Shown piece after piece: positions 50,889 through 61,233 of a stretch of 64,000 bases of DNA. Origin of the DNA: Candidatus Omnitrophota bacterium (GTDB lineage Bacteria > Omnitrophota > Gorgyraeia > Zapsychrales > Fredricksoniimonadaceae). The DNA is taken from assembly GCA_903860135.1 (NCBI GenBank), contig CAIOPG010000002.1, forward strand, positions 1,192-65,191, given 5' to 3'. The notes beneath the pieces were generated by a model, which was given only the letters and a program-made list of their open reading frames with translations, had not been told where the DNA came from and did not search any database. A program made the translations under genes and the position numbers. Numbering within the stretch: the first letter of the stretch is position 1; each line of letters begins with the position of its first letter.

Positions 50889-51761
50889 TTATTTCTCGAC
50901 CGTAAGGCCTTCAGGCGTCACGATGACCTTCCTGGCCTTCATGTCGCGGCGCGCGATCTTGCCGATATTCTTACCATTCACCTCGAATTCAAGGGCTCCC
51001 AGATCCTGGACGGAAATCTCGATCTTCTTCGCCGAAGACCAGCTCTCGGCAGTCCCTTTCTTGAGGCGATCCTGAAAAACAGTGGCACCATCACACCTGA
51101 CTGTTATCCATGTGGTTGTCTGGGCACGGACCGTTACAGCCACTCGCCCCGTCGAACGGGCCGGTCTGGTCTGCGCCTTGTCTGCTGGCGAAGCTGCCGC
51201 GGCCAACGGCTTGCCCGACATATTGGCCGGACGTGCATTTATTTTAGTTTTCCTCGACTGACCATTGGAATTCGACGCCGCATCGAGCGCACGACTTACC
51301 GCTATCGCATTGACAACCTTACGGATCAAAACCCCTGCGGCAAAAAGTCCCGCCAGGATACATACACCAGCCAATACAACCACTATAACCTTTTTCTTCT
51401 TCCTCAAAATATCAGGGGAACGCAAGACAGCCATCCGCTCGCGCACGCCTTCAACGCGGTGGGCGCCGACAGCCAGCCCCTTGACCGGCTTGGGAAGCTT
51501 TAACACCGCCGGCGACTGCGGATGATGGACCGGCACCAGCGCCAACACAACACCCGCGTCAAGCCCCAAATACTGGGCATATATTTTGACAAAACTTTTG
51601 TAGTAAAACCCGGTCAAGGAACGCGCTTTATAGCCTTCCTCGATGGCTTTAAGTGCATCAAGCGGGATCTTGGTTGCCTCATGGACCACATCGAGCGCAA
51701 TACCTTTGGACGTCCGTTCGTGTTTTAAAAGCGCGCCGACATCACGGGGAATTTCGTTCAT
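50889..51761 (-). CDS. rodZ: RodZ-like HTH/DUF4115 protein
   Basis: N-terminal HTH (LKAIEEG..FVKIYAQYLGLD), single TM, C-terminal beta domain; ftsK-rodZ-rimO-pgsA synteny. Confidence 0.8.
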   Translation of the reverse strand: MNEIPRDVGALLKHERTSKGIALDVVHEATKIPLDALKAIEEGYKARSLTGFYYKSFVKIYAQYLGLDAGVVLALVPVHHPQSPAVLKLPKPVKGLAVGAHRVEGVRERMAVLRSPDILRKKKKVIVVVLAGVCILAGLFAAGVLIRKVVNAIAVSRALDAASNSNGQSRKTKINARPANMSGKPLAAAASPADKAQTRPARSTGRVAVTVRAQTTTWITVRCDGATVFQDRLKKGTAESWSSAKKIEISVQDLGALEFEVNGKNIGKIARRDMKARKVIVTPEGLTVEK

Positions 51762-53986
51762 GCTGCTCCTTCCTGCGGTGTCGCAGCACCGCCCGTTGCC
51801 TTCCGGTGATCCTCCAGCCACTGCTCTCGGTCAACCAGAATATCTCTGGGCTTACTGCCGGCATTAGGTCCCACGATCCCCGCGCGCTCCATCTGGTCAA
51901 TGATACGTCCCGCACGCGAAAACCCAAGGCTCAACCGCCGCTGAAGCAACGACGCCGACGCCTGACCTGTTTCCATCACGACGCGCAGGGCTTCATCAAA
52001 AATATCATCTTTCTCCTCGGAGCCACCTGCGGCAACCGCAGGTCGTGCCGTGACCGCCTCATCATATTTAGGTTTTTCCTGACGGCGGATAAAATCCATG
52101 ACCTTATGGATCTCTTCGTCAGAAATATAACTGCATTGCCCCCGCAGCGGTTTGGGGTCTCCCGGCCGTATAAAAAGCATATCGCCCTTGCCGAGCAGAT
52201 CCTCCGCACCTTTTTCGTCGAGGATCGTGCGTGAATCGATCTGCGACGCAACCTTGAAAGCGATCCGTGCCGGCAAATTCGCCTTGATCGTCCCGGTGAT
52301 CACATTGACCGAGGGGCGTTGGGTGGCAAGGATCAAATGGATGCCTACCGCGCGCGCCAGCTGGGCCAGCCGCGTGATCGCGCCTTCAATGACCTTGCCG
52401 GAGGTCTGCATGAGATCCGCGAACTCATCGACAACAACGACGATATACGGCATCTCAAACCCCTTGGCATGATACGCCTTGATATTTCTCACCTGGTGCT
52501 TCTGCAGGGTCTTGTAACGTGATTCCATTTCCGCGATGACCCAACCCAGCGCGGCCGCCACCTTCTTGTGGTCCGTGATCGCCGGGCAAAGCATATGCGG
52601 TATGTCATTATACTGGTTCAACTCCACCATCTTGGGATCGATCATGATGAACTTCACCTCATGCGGTGAAGCGTTATAAACAATGGACATGATGATAACA
52701 TTCAGGCACACCGACTTACCCGCGCCTGTGGCACCGGCCACCAGCAGATGCGGCATTTCCGCCAGGTCGGCGATGATCGGCTTGCCGGCGGTATCTTTAC
52801 CCAGCGCCAGCGTGATCTTTGACTTAGCCTTGCGGATATCTCCCTGGATAAGCACATCTTTAAGGACAACCGCCGCAGACGCCCCGTTAGGAACCTCGAT
52901 CCCCACACGGTTCTTCCCGGGAATAGGCGCCTGGATACGCACCGATGAAGCCTGCATCGCCAGCGCAATATCATCTGCCAAAGAATTGATACTCTGCACC
53001 CGCACACCCGGCGCAGGCTCAAGCTCATAGCGCGTGATAACAGGCCCGCGCTCAATATCAGCCACGCGCGCCAGCACACCAAAACTCGCCAACGCCTGTT
53101 CAAGGGTTTTGGCGCCATTCACCAACGTCTGCTGGACATTGGATTCGGACACTTTGGGAGGATCATTCAGCAAATCAAACGGTGGAAGCTGATAATTACC
53201 GATCACCAGCGGCTTATCTTCTCTTTCCGGGGCAGGTTGTTCTATCTTGTCCTGAACAATGCGGATATTCGGTGCCTGCCTGGGAACGGCCTCGGCCTTT
53301 CCTTTTTTGACTTTAACGGCCGCCTTCTCGGGCGAAGCCATTTTATCGCTGGACAGCATCTCACCGGGATCCATTGCTTTTGGATCTTCAACGCGATCCC
53401 TGGAATGGACCAGCGCCCAGGGCCACAACGACTTTCCCTGACGTAAATTTTCCATACCATCGATCATGGCGCGTGTGAGCCGTACAATGAGCGGTGACAC
53501 AAGAAAATCCGCTGTAATAACCAGGCACAGGCATGCCGTAGCGATAAGGACTACATAGGCACCGATAACCCCCAGATTCCCTGCCAAAAAGTCAGCGAAC
53601 AAAACGCCGATCAATCCGCCGCGATGAAACTTCAACGCTGTGATGGATGATCCCATCAAACTAAAGAAACCGCTCATGACCGCCACCAGGATCGTCAAAC
53701 TCACCGCGCGCGCCGCTGAAATATGCGTCTGACGTGATGTAAAGATATTCCAACTCCAGAAAAAAAGGAAAAGGACTAAGAAGTAAGCACTGTACCCGGT
53801 CAGAAAAAAAGAAATCCCGGCAACATAAGCACCGGTAAGACGGATCAGATTATGGGCGGGAACATTGGGATGTGCTGTGAACCAGGACAGATCATCAGGA
53901 ACATACGAAGCCAAGCTGGCCAGAAGGATAACCGCCAGCGCAAGGATGATAATGCCCTTGATCTCGTTAAGGTGTTCCGTTCGCAT
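51758..53986 (-). CDS. ftsK: DNA translocase FtsK
   Basis: 4TM domain, GPVITRYE, AGATGAGKS, LATQRPS, gamma domain SLLQRRL. Confidence 0.96.
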   Translation of the reverse strand: MRTEHLNEIKGIIILALAVILLASLASYVPDDLSWFTAHPNVPAHNLIRLTGAYVAGISFFLTGYSAYFLVLFLFFWSWNIFTSRQTHISAARAVSLTILVAVMSGFFSLMGSSITALKFHRGGLIGVLFADFLAGNLGVIGAYVVLIATACLCLVITADFLVSPLIVRLTRAMIDGMENLRQGKSLWPWALVHSRDRVEDPKAMDPGEMLSSDKMASPEKAAVKVKKGKAEAVPRQAPNIRIVQDKIEQPAPEREDKPLVIGNYQLPPFDLLNDPPKVSESNVQQTLVNGAKTLEQALASFGVLARVADIERGPVITRYELEPAPGVRVQSINSLADDIALAMQASSVRIQAPIPGKNRVGIEVPNGASAAVVLKDVLIQGDIRKAKSKITLALGKDTAGKPIIADLAEMPHLLVAGATGAGKSVCLNVIIMSIVYNASPHEVKFIMIDPKMVELNQYNDIPHMLCPAITDHKKVAAALGWVIAEMESRYKTLQKHQVRNIKAYHAKGFEMPYIVVVVDEFADLMQTSGKVIEGAITRLAQLARAVGIHLILATQRPSVNVITGTIKANLPARIAFKVASQIDSRTILDEKGAEDLLGKGDMLFIRPGDPKPLRGQCSYISDEEIHKVMDFIRRQEKPKYDEAVTARPAVAAGGSEEKDDIFDEALRVVMETGQASASLLQRRLSLGFSRAGRIIDQMERAGIVGPNAGSKPRDILVDREQWLEDHRKATGGAATPQEGAA

Positions 53987-54071
53987 GGCTATTGTTATGA
54001 GATTTTCAAACTCCACCAGGTGGAGAGAAAGTACCCTCTTCCGGCACAGGCCGGAAGAGGGATACCGGATT

Positions 54072-56180
54072 TTATTTCTTTTCAGCCTTCTTACGGCTAA
54101 GGTTATAACGCCCCATCTTGTCGATCTCGACAAGCAAGACAGGGAACGTATCACCCATTTTTACAAGTTCATTAGGATCTTTGACGAACTTGTCAGAAAG
54201 TTCAGAAACATGCACCAACCCGTCACGACCGGGCATAAACTCACAAAAAGCGCCAAAGTTCATGATCTTGACAACCGTCGCCTCATAGATCTTGCCGACC
54301 TCGGGCATCTCAAGCATGGAGCTGAGATAATTCATGACACAATCAAGCGCCGCCTGATTGGGCGCCGAAATGAACGCCTTGCCTTCGTCGTCAATATCGA
54401 TCGACGTAGCCCCGGTGCTCTCGATGATCTTGCGGATCGTTTTACCGCCAGGACCGATAACCTCGCCGATCTTGTCCTGCGGGATCTGCAGGATCGAAAT
54501 GCGCGGCGCATAGGCGGAAAGCGTCGTCCGCGGCGCAGGCAAGGCTGCGGTCATGGTGTCAAGTATCTTCATGCGTGCTTCACGCGCCTGATCTATCGCC
54601 TGACCGAGCAACTCCACAGAAATATGACGTATCTTCAGGTCCAGCTGAACACCCGTAATACCTTCGCGTGTGCCCGAAACCTTGAAATCCATATCACCGA
54701 AATGATCTTCCATCCCCTGGATATCCGTAATAAGAACAGATCTCTGGGCATCGGAAATAAGACCAACAGAAATACCAGCCACCGGTGCCTTGATCGGAAC
54801 GCCCGCATCCATCAGCGCCAGCGTGCTTGCGCAAACCGTCGCCATGCTCGAAGACCCGTTTGATTCGAGGATCTCGGAAACAACGCGAATGGTATAAGGA
54901 AAATCTTCGGGCGACGGGATAACCGCTTCAAGGGAACGATGCGCCAACGCCCCATGACCGATCTCACGACGACCAGGACCACGCACAGGTTTTGTTTCGC
55001 CAACACTGAAAGGCGGAAAATTATAATGAAGCATGAAACGGCGGTACGTCACGCCATCGAGCGCTTCCATCAACTGCTCATCAATTTTGGTACCGAGCGT
55101 TACCGTTGCCAAACTCTGCGTCTGCCCGCGGGTGAAAAGCCCCGTGCCATGCGTGCGCTCAAAAATACCCGTCTCCGCCGACAAGGCACGGATCTCGTTA
55201 AGGCCACGGCCATCAGCGCGCAACTGACGCTCGAAAACATTCTTGCGCATCACGTCATACTGCATGATCTCAAAAACAGCCTTGACATCATTTTCAGAAA
55301 TATCCGCCTTGCCCTTCTTGAAACCGGCATAGATGGTCATGTCCGCAACCAGCGACGCAAAAAGCTCGTTGAGCGCCTTCTCACGGGTCTTCTTATCAAC
55401 CGTACCGCCAAGGATCTCGGAAAGGCGCGCCATGCCCAACCCTCTGACCTTCTCAACAAAAGCCGGTGGAACAACCTTGGTCTCAACCTGGGTCTTGGCC
55501 TTACCAGCCTCTTTTTGAAGCTGAACTTGAATAGCCCGTACCGGCTGAAGCGCTTTATGGGCAAATGCCAGCATTTCCTTGATCTTGGCCTCGGGAATTT
55601 CTTTGCCATCACCCTCGATCATAACCAAGCCTTCGGCATCACCAGCGACCACGAAATCCAGCTTGCTCTGCGCGCGCTGTTCATACGTCGGGTTAACAAT
55701 AAACTGATCATCAACAAGACCAATGCGCACCGCACTGATAGGTCCATCGAAAGGGATATCGGAAAGCATCAAGGCCGCCGAAGCGCCATTGATGGCCAGC
55801 ACATCCGGATCATTTTCCGGATCAGCACTCAGGACAGTCGCAATGACCTGAACCTCATTAAAAAGCCCCTCGGGGAAAAGCGGACGAATAGGCCGGTCGA
55901 TAAGGCGCGACGTTAAAATCTCTTTTTCAGACTGCCGCCCCTCACGTTTGAAAAAACCACCGGGTATTTTACCTGCGGCGTATGTCTTCTCTTGGTATTC
56001 TACAGTCAAAGGGAAAAAATCAATGCCTTCGCGTGCCTTGCCTGCGATACATACGGTCACCAGAACCGCGGTCCCGCCACAACGTACAAGGACGGCGCCA
56101 GAAGCTTGTTTCGCCAGTTTTCCCGTTTCCATAACCAAACGATTCGTACCGTATTCGACTTCCACACGGGGATAATTCAT
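54072..56180 (-). CDS. pnp: Polyribonucleotide nucleotidyltransferase
   Basis: GKIPGGFFKREG, RREIGHG, SNGSSSMA, GDMDFK, KH and S1 domains. Confidence 0.98.
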   Translation of the reverse strand: MNYPRVEVEYGTNRLVMETGKLAKQASGAVLVRCGGTAVLVTVCIAGKAREGIDFFPLTVEYQEKTYAAGKIPGGFFKREGRQSEKEILTSRLIDRPIRPLFPEGLFNEVQVIATVLSADPENDPDVLAINGASAALMLSDIPFDGPISAVRIGLVDDQFIVNPTYEQRAQSKLDFVVAGDAEGLVMIEGDGKEIPEAKIKEMLAFAHKALQPVRAIQVQLQKEAGKAKTQVETKVVPPAFVEKVRGLGMARLSEILGGTVDKKTREKALNELFASLVADMTIYAGFKKGKADISENDVKAVFEIMQYDVMRKNVFERQLRADGRGLNEIRALSAETGIFERTHGTGLFTRGQTQSLATVTLGTKIDEQLMEALDGVTYRRFMLHYNFPPFSVGETKPVRGPGRREIGHGALAHRSLEAVIPSPEDFPYTIRVVSEILESNGSSSMATVCASTLALMDAGVPIKAPVAGISVGLISDAQRSVLITDIQGMEDHFGDMDFKVSGTREGITGVQLDLKIRHISVELLGQAIDQAREARMKILDTMTAALPAPRTTLSAYAPRISILQIPQDKIGEVIGPGGKTIRKIIESTGATSIDIDDEGKAFISAPNQAALDCVMNYLSSMLEMPEVGKIYEATVVKIMNFGAFCEFMPGRDGLVHVSELSDKFVKDPNELVKMGDTFPVLLVEIDKMGRYNLSRKKAEKK

Positions 56181-56291
56181 TTATATTTTTCCCTTACTGT
56201 TATCCCGCCTTCAGATAGCTGAGGCGGGGATTGAAGCGCATGAACAACCGATAGAACGGCGCGAACCACCAGCCGCACCTGTTACCACCGA

Positions 56292-56561
56292 CTATTTGCG
56301 CAAGCCTAATTTGGTAATGGTATCTTCATACCTGGCCTGATCCGTCTTCTTGAGATAGCTCAAGAGACGGCGACGCTTGCCGATCATGAGCAAAAGACCA
56401 CGACGGGAATGATGATCCCTCTTGTTGGTCTTGAAATGTTCATTGAGGTGATTGATCCGCTCCGTCAAAAGAGCCACCTGCACCGCCGAAGAACCTGTGT
56501 CCTTCGCATGAACCTTGAACGCGCGCGCAACTTCTGTTTTCTTATCTATCACTGATTCCAA
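56292..56561 (-). CDS. rpsO: 30S ribosomal protein S15
   Basis: [27 protein letters not shown]; TTG start with AGGAGG. Confidence 0.97.
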   Translation of the reverse strand: MESVIDKKTEVARAFKVHAKDTGSSAVQVALLTERINHLNEHFKTNKRDHHSRRGLLLMIGKRRRLLSYLKKTDQARYEDTITKLGLRK

Positions 56562-56703
56562 CGAACCGCCTCCTGTAAAGAATTAATCTCAACGTCCCGC
56601 TCCTGGGACTCAATATTTTGTGCATTATACTATCGGGTCATATTGAAGTCAAGGCTTTGTTCCGTTCCCTTGTTCTGCTCCATGACCAAGGCAGACATTG
56701 GGT

Positions 56704-57054
56704 TCACTTCTTTTTGAGCTCCATAACCCGGATCTTGTTGCCATCGACCACAACGAGGATCGGGCCATTTTTACCGCTGACAGCTTGTTCCAAAGCAGCC
56801 GACAACGCCGCCGGCGAAGAAAGCAAAACCCGGCTGGCAGGCTGTGATCGCCGCACATCCGCCACGACCTCGGCGATCGACGGGCTTACCCCTGCCACAC
56901 GCCCCGTGCGTGATCCGGCTTCCAGGACGTGAATTTCTGCCTTGGCAGGCGAAGCCGCCCCACCCTCAGCCCCGCACGTCATCACGCCAATAACCGCCAG
57001 GACACATGATATCTTCTTTCTTGAAACAGGGGTTGTCATTTGTTCAATCTTCAA
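56704..57054 (-). CDS. Hypothetical protein
   Basis: 116-aa ORF with hydrophobic N-terminus; no family recognised. Confidence 0.35.
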   Translation of the reverse strand: MKIEQMTTPVSRKKISCVLAVIGVMTCGAEGGAASPAKAEIHVLEAGSRTGRVAGVSPSIAEVVADVRRSQPASRVLLSSPAALSAALEQAVSGKNGPILVVVDGNKIRVMELKKK

Positions 57055-57067
57055 TTATAATTCTACT

Positions 57068-57340
57068 ATGTTTGAAAAAGTTGCCTTCGTCTCCATTCTT
57101 TGCATCCTCTGCGCCGTCGCTATTTTTACTGGCGTTAAGAAAACCATACAAAAAAGCTTCAATGAAGATCCTGCCATGGATAGTTACCATAGTGAAACAA
57201 CCCATGAACGCCAAATTGATAAAACCCTTGATATTAAGGAAGAAAATGAACGTTTGATGGATAAAGTCCGATCACAAAGAGAAAAGAACGAAGCCTCGAT
57301 GGATCGTGTCAGGGCTATGATGGAACGAAACAAACGTTAA
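57068..57340 (+). CDS. Hypothetical membrane-anchored coiled-coil protein
   Basis: N-terminal TM, charged helical C-terminus. Confidence 0.6.
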   Translation: MFEKVAFVSILCILCAVAIFTGVKKTIQKSFNEDPAMDSYHSETTHERQIDKTLDIKEENERLMDKVRSQREKNEASMDRVRAMMERNKR

Positions 57341-57353
57341 TACCCCTTACCAC

Positions 57354-57590
57354 CTAATCCGCATGATTTGCAATCATCCCGGTGACAGCTGATCCATACC
57401 CATCAACAAAGGACATGGAATTTTTTAATTGGATCAATTCACCAGCTGGCAAATTCAATACCTTGCCTGTGCCTTCAACAAAAACACCGTGCTTAAGCAA
57501 AACACCACCAATCAGCACAACAATCACGGTGCTGGTAAGCAGAAGATATTCGATAACGTTTTGACCGCGGCTTGAGAATTTTTTTAGCAT
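57354..57590 (-). CDS. Class III signal peptide (Flp/type IV pilin-like) protein
   Basis: SRGQ-NVIEYLLL followed by hydrophobic helix; RBS AGGAG. Confidence 0.7.
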   Translation of the reverse strand: MLKKFSSRGQNVIEYLLLTSTVIVVLIGGVLLKHGVFVEGTGKVLNLPAGELIQLKNSMSFVDGYGSAVTGMIANHAD

Positions 57591-57680
57591 ACGCACTCCT
57601 CCTAGAATTTAATTATACCACATACACATCATCCAGGAGCAGCTAAACGAATGCCACGAAAACCATGTGGCTTAAAACCT

Positions 57681-58028
57681 TCAAACATCCAGTCGCAGGG
57701 AAAGGTTATAAATAAAAGGCAGGCGAAAGATCTTGCCACGCAAAGCTTGGATTATGCCCCAAAAAGACACCACCCCAAAAAAGAATAAGGCCGGCTTCAT
57801 CAGAAACGGCAACACAATGCTCACAATAAAGACCGCCATCTCGCACAAGAAGATCGCCAACCCCTGCCGCCCATGAAATCGTACAAAAACATCATCTTTC
57901 TTGCGTACAAGCGGAACAATGCAAAGGATGAAACAATACGCCAGTAGCGCGTAAAGACGGCTCTCATCGAGAGGCGGCGGGGTTTCCGAAAGCCCGTCAC
58001 GGTTACCGCAAGGAACTGGATTAACCAT
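57681..58028 (-). CDS. DUF4870/Tic20-like membrane protein
   Basis: ALLAY..ILCIVPL...FVRFHGRQG..FRLPFI. Confidence 0.8.
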   Translation of the reverse strand: MVNPVPCGNRDGLSETPPPLDESRLYALLAYCFILCIVPLVRKKDDVFVRFHGRQGLAIFLCEMAVFIVSIVLPFLMKPALFFFGVVSFWGIIQALRGKIFRLPFIYNLSLRLDV

Positions 58029-59148
58029 GCGCCTCGACCTCAAGGATGGAATTCATATCCCCAAAACCGTTGGACTCACGGCGTTCATGCGCAGGATCAG
58101 CCTGCCAGCGGCCATCCACAATGAACTGATAGCGGTACAAACCCGCAGGCAGTGCCATCCGCGCAGTCCAGACATCCCCTTCGCGCGTCAAACGGCAAGC
58201 CTCATCGATCGCCCAGGCATTGAAACTTCCGGAAACATATACCGAATGAGCCTCTGGCGCATTAATGCTGAACGTCGTCACCATGGCTTCCATTTCACGT
58301 GTCACAATATCCGTCATCCGCGCTGAGAACTCAACTGTTTCAACAGGCGCGACCACAACAGCCTCAACCGCCTGCTTGGGAGCGAACGCCCCGCCCTCGA
58401 ACGCGATCAGCTCCTTGGCTAACGTGTAATAATCCTTGGCGCCACGGCAATATTTATCGTAAGCCATAACAGGTTTTCCCTCGACGACCGACTCCTTCAG
58501 CTTGACATTGGTGTGCACGATCGTTGTCAACAGCATATCCCCGAACTGACGCTTGATCTTGTCGAGCATCGCAAAGGAGTGCCTCAGGCGCGAATCAAAC
58601 ATGGTGATGAGTACGCGCGGTGTCACCGGATGATTCAGGCGGTCGCGGATCAGGGAGATAATATCCATCAGGTGCTCAACACCCTGCACAGAGAAACGGC
58701 TCATCTCGACGGGGATCATGATCTCGTGGCTGGCGCGCAGCGCGTTGACGGTCAGGAACCCGAGGCTCGGCGGACAATCGATGATAATATAATCATAGGT
58801 ATCCTTGAGCGTCGCGATGCTTTCGACAAGCTTCATCTCACGGCCGATCTCGTCGGCAAGTTCCTGTTCAAGGGTCCCCACCAGCACATTCGAAGGGATG
58901 ATGTCAAAGTTCGTGTCGACGCGCTGAATGATATCCCGCAGAGCAAGCCGGCGCGGCGCTATCTTGGAAATAACATTATAAATGCTGTTCTTATCATCGC
59001 GGTTGAGGCCGAGGGTCGCGTGCGCCTGGGGATCAATATCTATGAGAAGTGTTTTTTTGCCGTTGGCAGCCAGTGCCGACACCAGGTTAATGGCCGTCGT
59101 TGTCTTGCCACAGCCACCCTTTTGATTCGCAACCGATATGATCTTCAT
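58021..59148 (-). CDS. ParA/Soj ATPase fused to a C-terminal CBM48/AMPK-beta-type glycogen-binding domain
   Basis: NQKGGCGKTT, DIDPQ, IDCPP; C-terminal VYVSGSFNAW...GLYRYQFIVDGRWQADP..NGFGDMNS. Confidence 0.88.
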   Translation of the reverse strand: MKIISVANQKGGCGKTTTAINLVSALAANGKKTLLIDIDPQAHATLGLNRDDKNSIYNVISKIAPRRLALRDIIQRVDTNFDIIPSNVLVGTLEQELADEIGREMKLVESIATLKDTYDYIIIDCPPSLGFLTVNALRASHEIMIPVEMSRFSVQGVEHLMDIISLIRDRLNHPVTPRVLITMFDSRLRHSFAMLDKIKRQFGDMLLTTIVHTNVKLKESVVEGKPVMAYDKYCRGAKDYYTLAKELIAFEGGAFAPKQAVEAVVVAPVETVEFSARMTDIVTREMEAMVTTFSINAPEAHSVYVSGSFNAWAIDEACRLTREGDVWTARMALPAGLYRYQFIVDGRWQADPAHERRESNGFGDMNSILEVEAHG

Positions 59149-59167
59149 GTTTCCCCCTCCGCTTGTG

Positions 59168-59740
59168 CTAGTTGGAAAAACTGATGTTATCGACAAGAAC
59201 CGTCCCCGCCGGATCTTTCGTATTCCACGCCTCGACCACGAACGCGATGTCCTTAATGAACTTCCAGTCCGTCAGGTTCATCTGCGCGAAAGAGATCGAA
59301 TAATCCTGCCAGTTGTTGCCGATGCCCTCGAGATAATACGCCGCCTGTTCTGCCCTGGCATTGCTGACAACCACTTTCAATATGCCGGGATTCCCGTTCA
59401 TGCTGCGCAAGGATAAATTCAAATGACTGTATTTGGTAACATCCATCGCCGGCACCGCGATCGTCAGATTCTGGATCTGCGGATACTTCCCACCGACGGA
59501 GTAACTCAAGCGTATCGGCGAATTGTTCAGCGCGTAAATAACGCGGCTTTTAAATATATCCCGTCGCTGGGTCAAGAATGCTGTCAAGCCATAAACAACA
59601 CTGACCAGAATGAACGCCGTGATCAACAAATTAATAAGGCGCCAGGCATTGGGGCGGGGCTCGGGTTTTTTCTCTTCAACGACTTCCCGTTTACTCAGAT
59701 AAACCTTGGCCAAATGGTCGTAGATCTCGTCACGATTCAT
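59168..59740 (-). CDS. Membrane-anchored protein with CBM11/CIA30-like beta-sandwich
   Basis: Single TM; DVTKYSHLNLSLR, NNWQDYSISFAQM, GTVLVDNISF. Confidence 0.6.
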   Translation of the reverse strand: MNRDEIYDHLAKVYLSKREVVEEKKPEPRPNAWRLINLLITAFILVSVVYGLTAFLTQRRDIFKSRVIYALNNSPIRLSYSVGGKYPQIQNLTIAVPAMDVTKYSHLNLSLRSMNGNPGILKVVVSNARAEQAAYYLEGIGNNWQDYSISFAQMNLTDWKFIKDIAFVVEAWNTKDPAGTVLVDNISFSN

Positions 59741-59857
59741 ACAACTGTCAACTTCCGACGGAAGATAGGATTTTTGATTAGGATCAAAATTACTTTTTTA
59801 TAATAACAAATAAAGAAATGAATTTAAAATAATATCTGGTATTTTTTATCGCGCGCA

Positions 59858-59891
59858 ATAAAAAAGCCCCGGTATCGCTACCGGGGCTTTT
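59858..59891 (-). terminator. Intrinsic terminator after the porin
   Basis: aaaagccccggta-tcgc-taccggggctttt. Confidence 0.85.
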
Positions 59892-59913
59892 GTGATCATA
59901 CAACGTTGTTCGC

Positions 59914-61233
59914 TTAGAACGCGACGCTGACGCTCGAGAGGAGCTGAGTCGCCGAATCCTTGTTCACTGCCGCGAAGGCATTGCCCGGAGCAAAGTAACC
60001 CGCGCTCACGCCGAACTTCACATCCTCGGTATACGCATACGTCAGGTCGAGGTCAACTTCGTTGCCAAGGCCCTTTTCACCATTAGCAGCAACAGCCTGT
60101 GTGCCACCTGTCGGCTGATTGATCGATGTGACCGCTGCCTTCTGCGCCTTGTTCACATTGTACCAGGTCAACTTCGTGGTCAGATCCTGAACCGGTGTGA
60201 CTTCAAACGCGGCTTCGGCAACGCTGAGGTTGCTGGAACCGAACAGGCTGTCATAGATACGACCAACATTCTGATTCTCATACACAGAATCAAAAGACCT
60301 GGTGTTGCTGTCCGTAAGATCCTTGTCGCCCGAAAGATACGTATAACCGGCAGAAAGAACCGGCTTCACATCCTTAAGGACAGGCAGTGCATAGTTTACC
60401 TTACCCTGAGCACCAAACGCCTTGATCTTGTTCGTCAAAGAGCCCGTGATACCAGCAGTACCCGTTTCATAAGCGCCTTCCAACTGCACATTCAAACCCT
60501 CGATCGGATTCGTACTGACGCGCAAACCAGGAACGTAAAGGTTCGAGGTCTTTGTGTCAGGATACGTGATCGCACTCTTGTCATGCTTGACGAACGTATA
60601 GGCCTCAACAACCGTGCTGAACTTGTCGAGCTTATAGTTCAGGTTGATACCATAAAGATCGGTATCATTGTTATCGTTGGTACCAAGCGTGCTGTTCTCG
60701 TTGATCTTGGAAGCAAACAAATCAACCGTGAGCGGATCATAGCTCAACACAGCCTTGACCGCGTCAAAATTACCATTGCCGGCGAGATCTGTCGCAACAC
60801 CGGTATAGTAATTCTTGTTAGCGGCATTATAGCCAACCAAAAACTGGTTGCCGTAGGCAAGTGTCTGACGACCGATCGTTACCGTAAGAGGAGAATAGAG
60901 CAACTCCTTCATGGTCACGTAGGCAGCATCAAGATAAAATGAATTGTTATCTGAATTGCCGGCAACATTCTGTAAACCCCATGCACCTTCATTGGTGAGC
61001 TTGATCGTGGTGGACACATTGTCCGTCAGATCAGCCGCAACGCCAACGCTGGTGGTTGTGGCAACGAGATTCTGCGCTGTCTCAGCACCAGCACCGGCGC
61101 CAAGGTCAAAACTCTTACGAATAACAGACGTGGTGGACAACGCGCCGCTGACCTTCACGTTCTGCACGGATGCGAACGCAGGTGCCGCCATCAGGGCGAC
61201 GAGCGCGAGCATCATGGTGATTTTCTTAATCAT
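59914..61233 (-). CDS. Outer-membrane beta-barrel (alginate export-like), probable major OMP
   Basis: Signal peptide, TIGRQ, LSGD, GNEVDLDLTYAY, terminal Phe. Confidence 0.8.
   Translation of the reverse strand: MIKKITMMLALVALMAAPAFASVQNVKVSGALSTTSVIRKSFDLGAGAGAETAQNLVATTTSVGVAADLTDNVSTTIKLTNEGAWGLQNVAGNSDNNSFYLDAAYVTMKELLYSPLTVTIGRQTLAYGNQFLVGYNAANKNYYTGVATDLAGNGNFDAVKAVLSYDPLTVDLFASKINENSTLGTNDNNDTDLYGINLNYKLDKFSTVVEAYTFVKHDKSAITYPDTKTSNLYVPGLRVSTNPIEGLNVQLEGAYETGTAGITGSLTNKIKAFGAQGKVNYALPVLKDVKPVLSAGYTYLSGDKDLTDSNTRSFDSVYENQNVGRIYDSLFGSSNLSVAEAAFEVTPVQDLTTKLTWYNVNKAQKAAVTSINQPTGGTQAVAANGEKGLGNEVDLDLTYAYTEDVKFGVSAGYFAPGNAFAAVNKDSATQLLSSVSVAF

Noticed and set aside
53865-55916. Long plus-strand ORFs (332 and 325 aa) and many other antisense ORFs in the track
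   Set aside because: They are shadows of well-supported minus-strand genes such as pnp and have no recognisable motifs.
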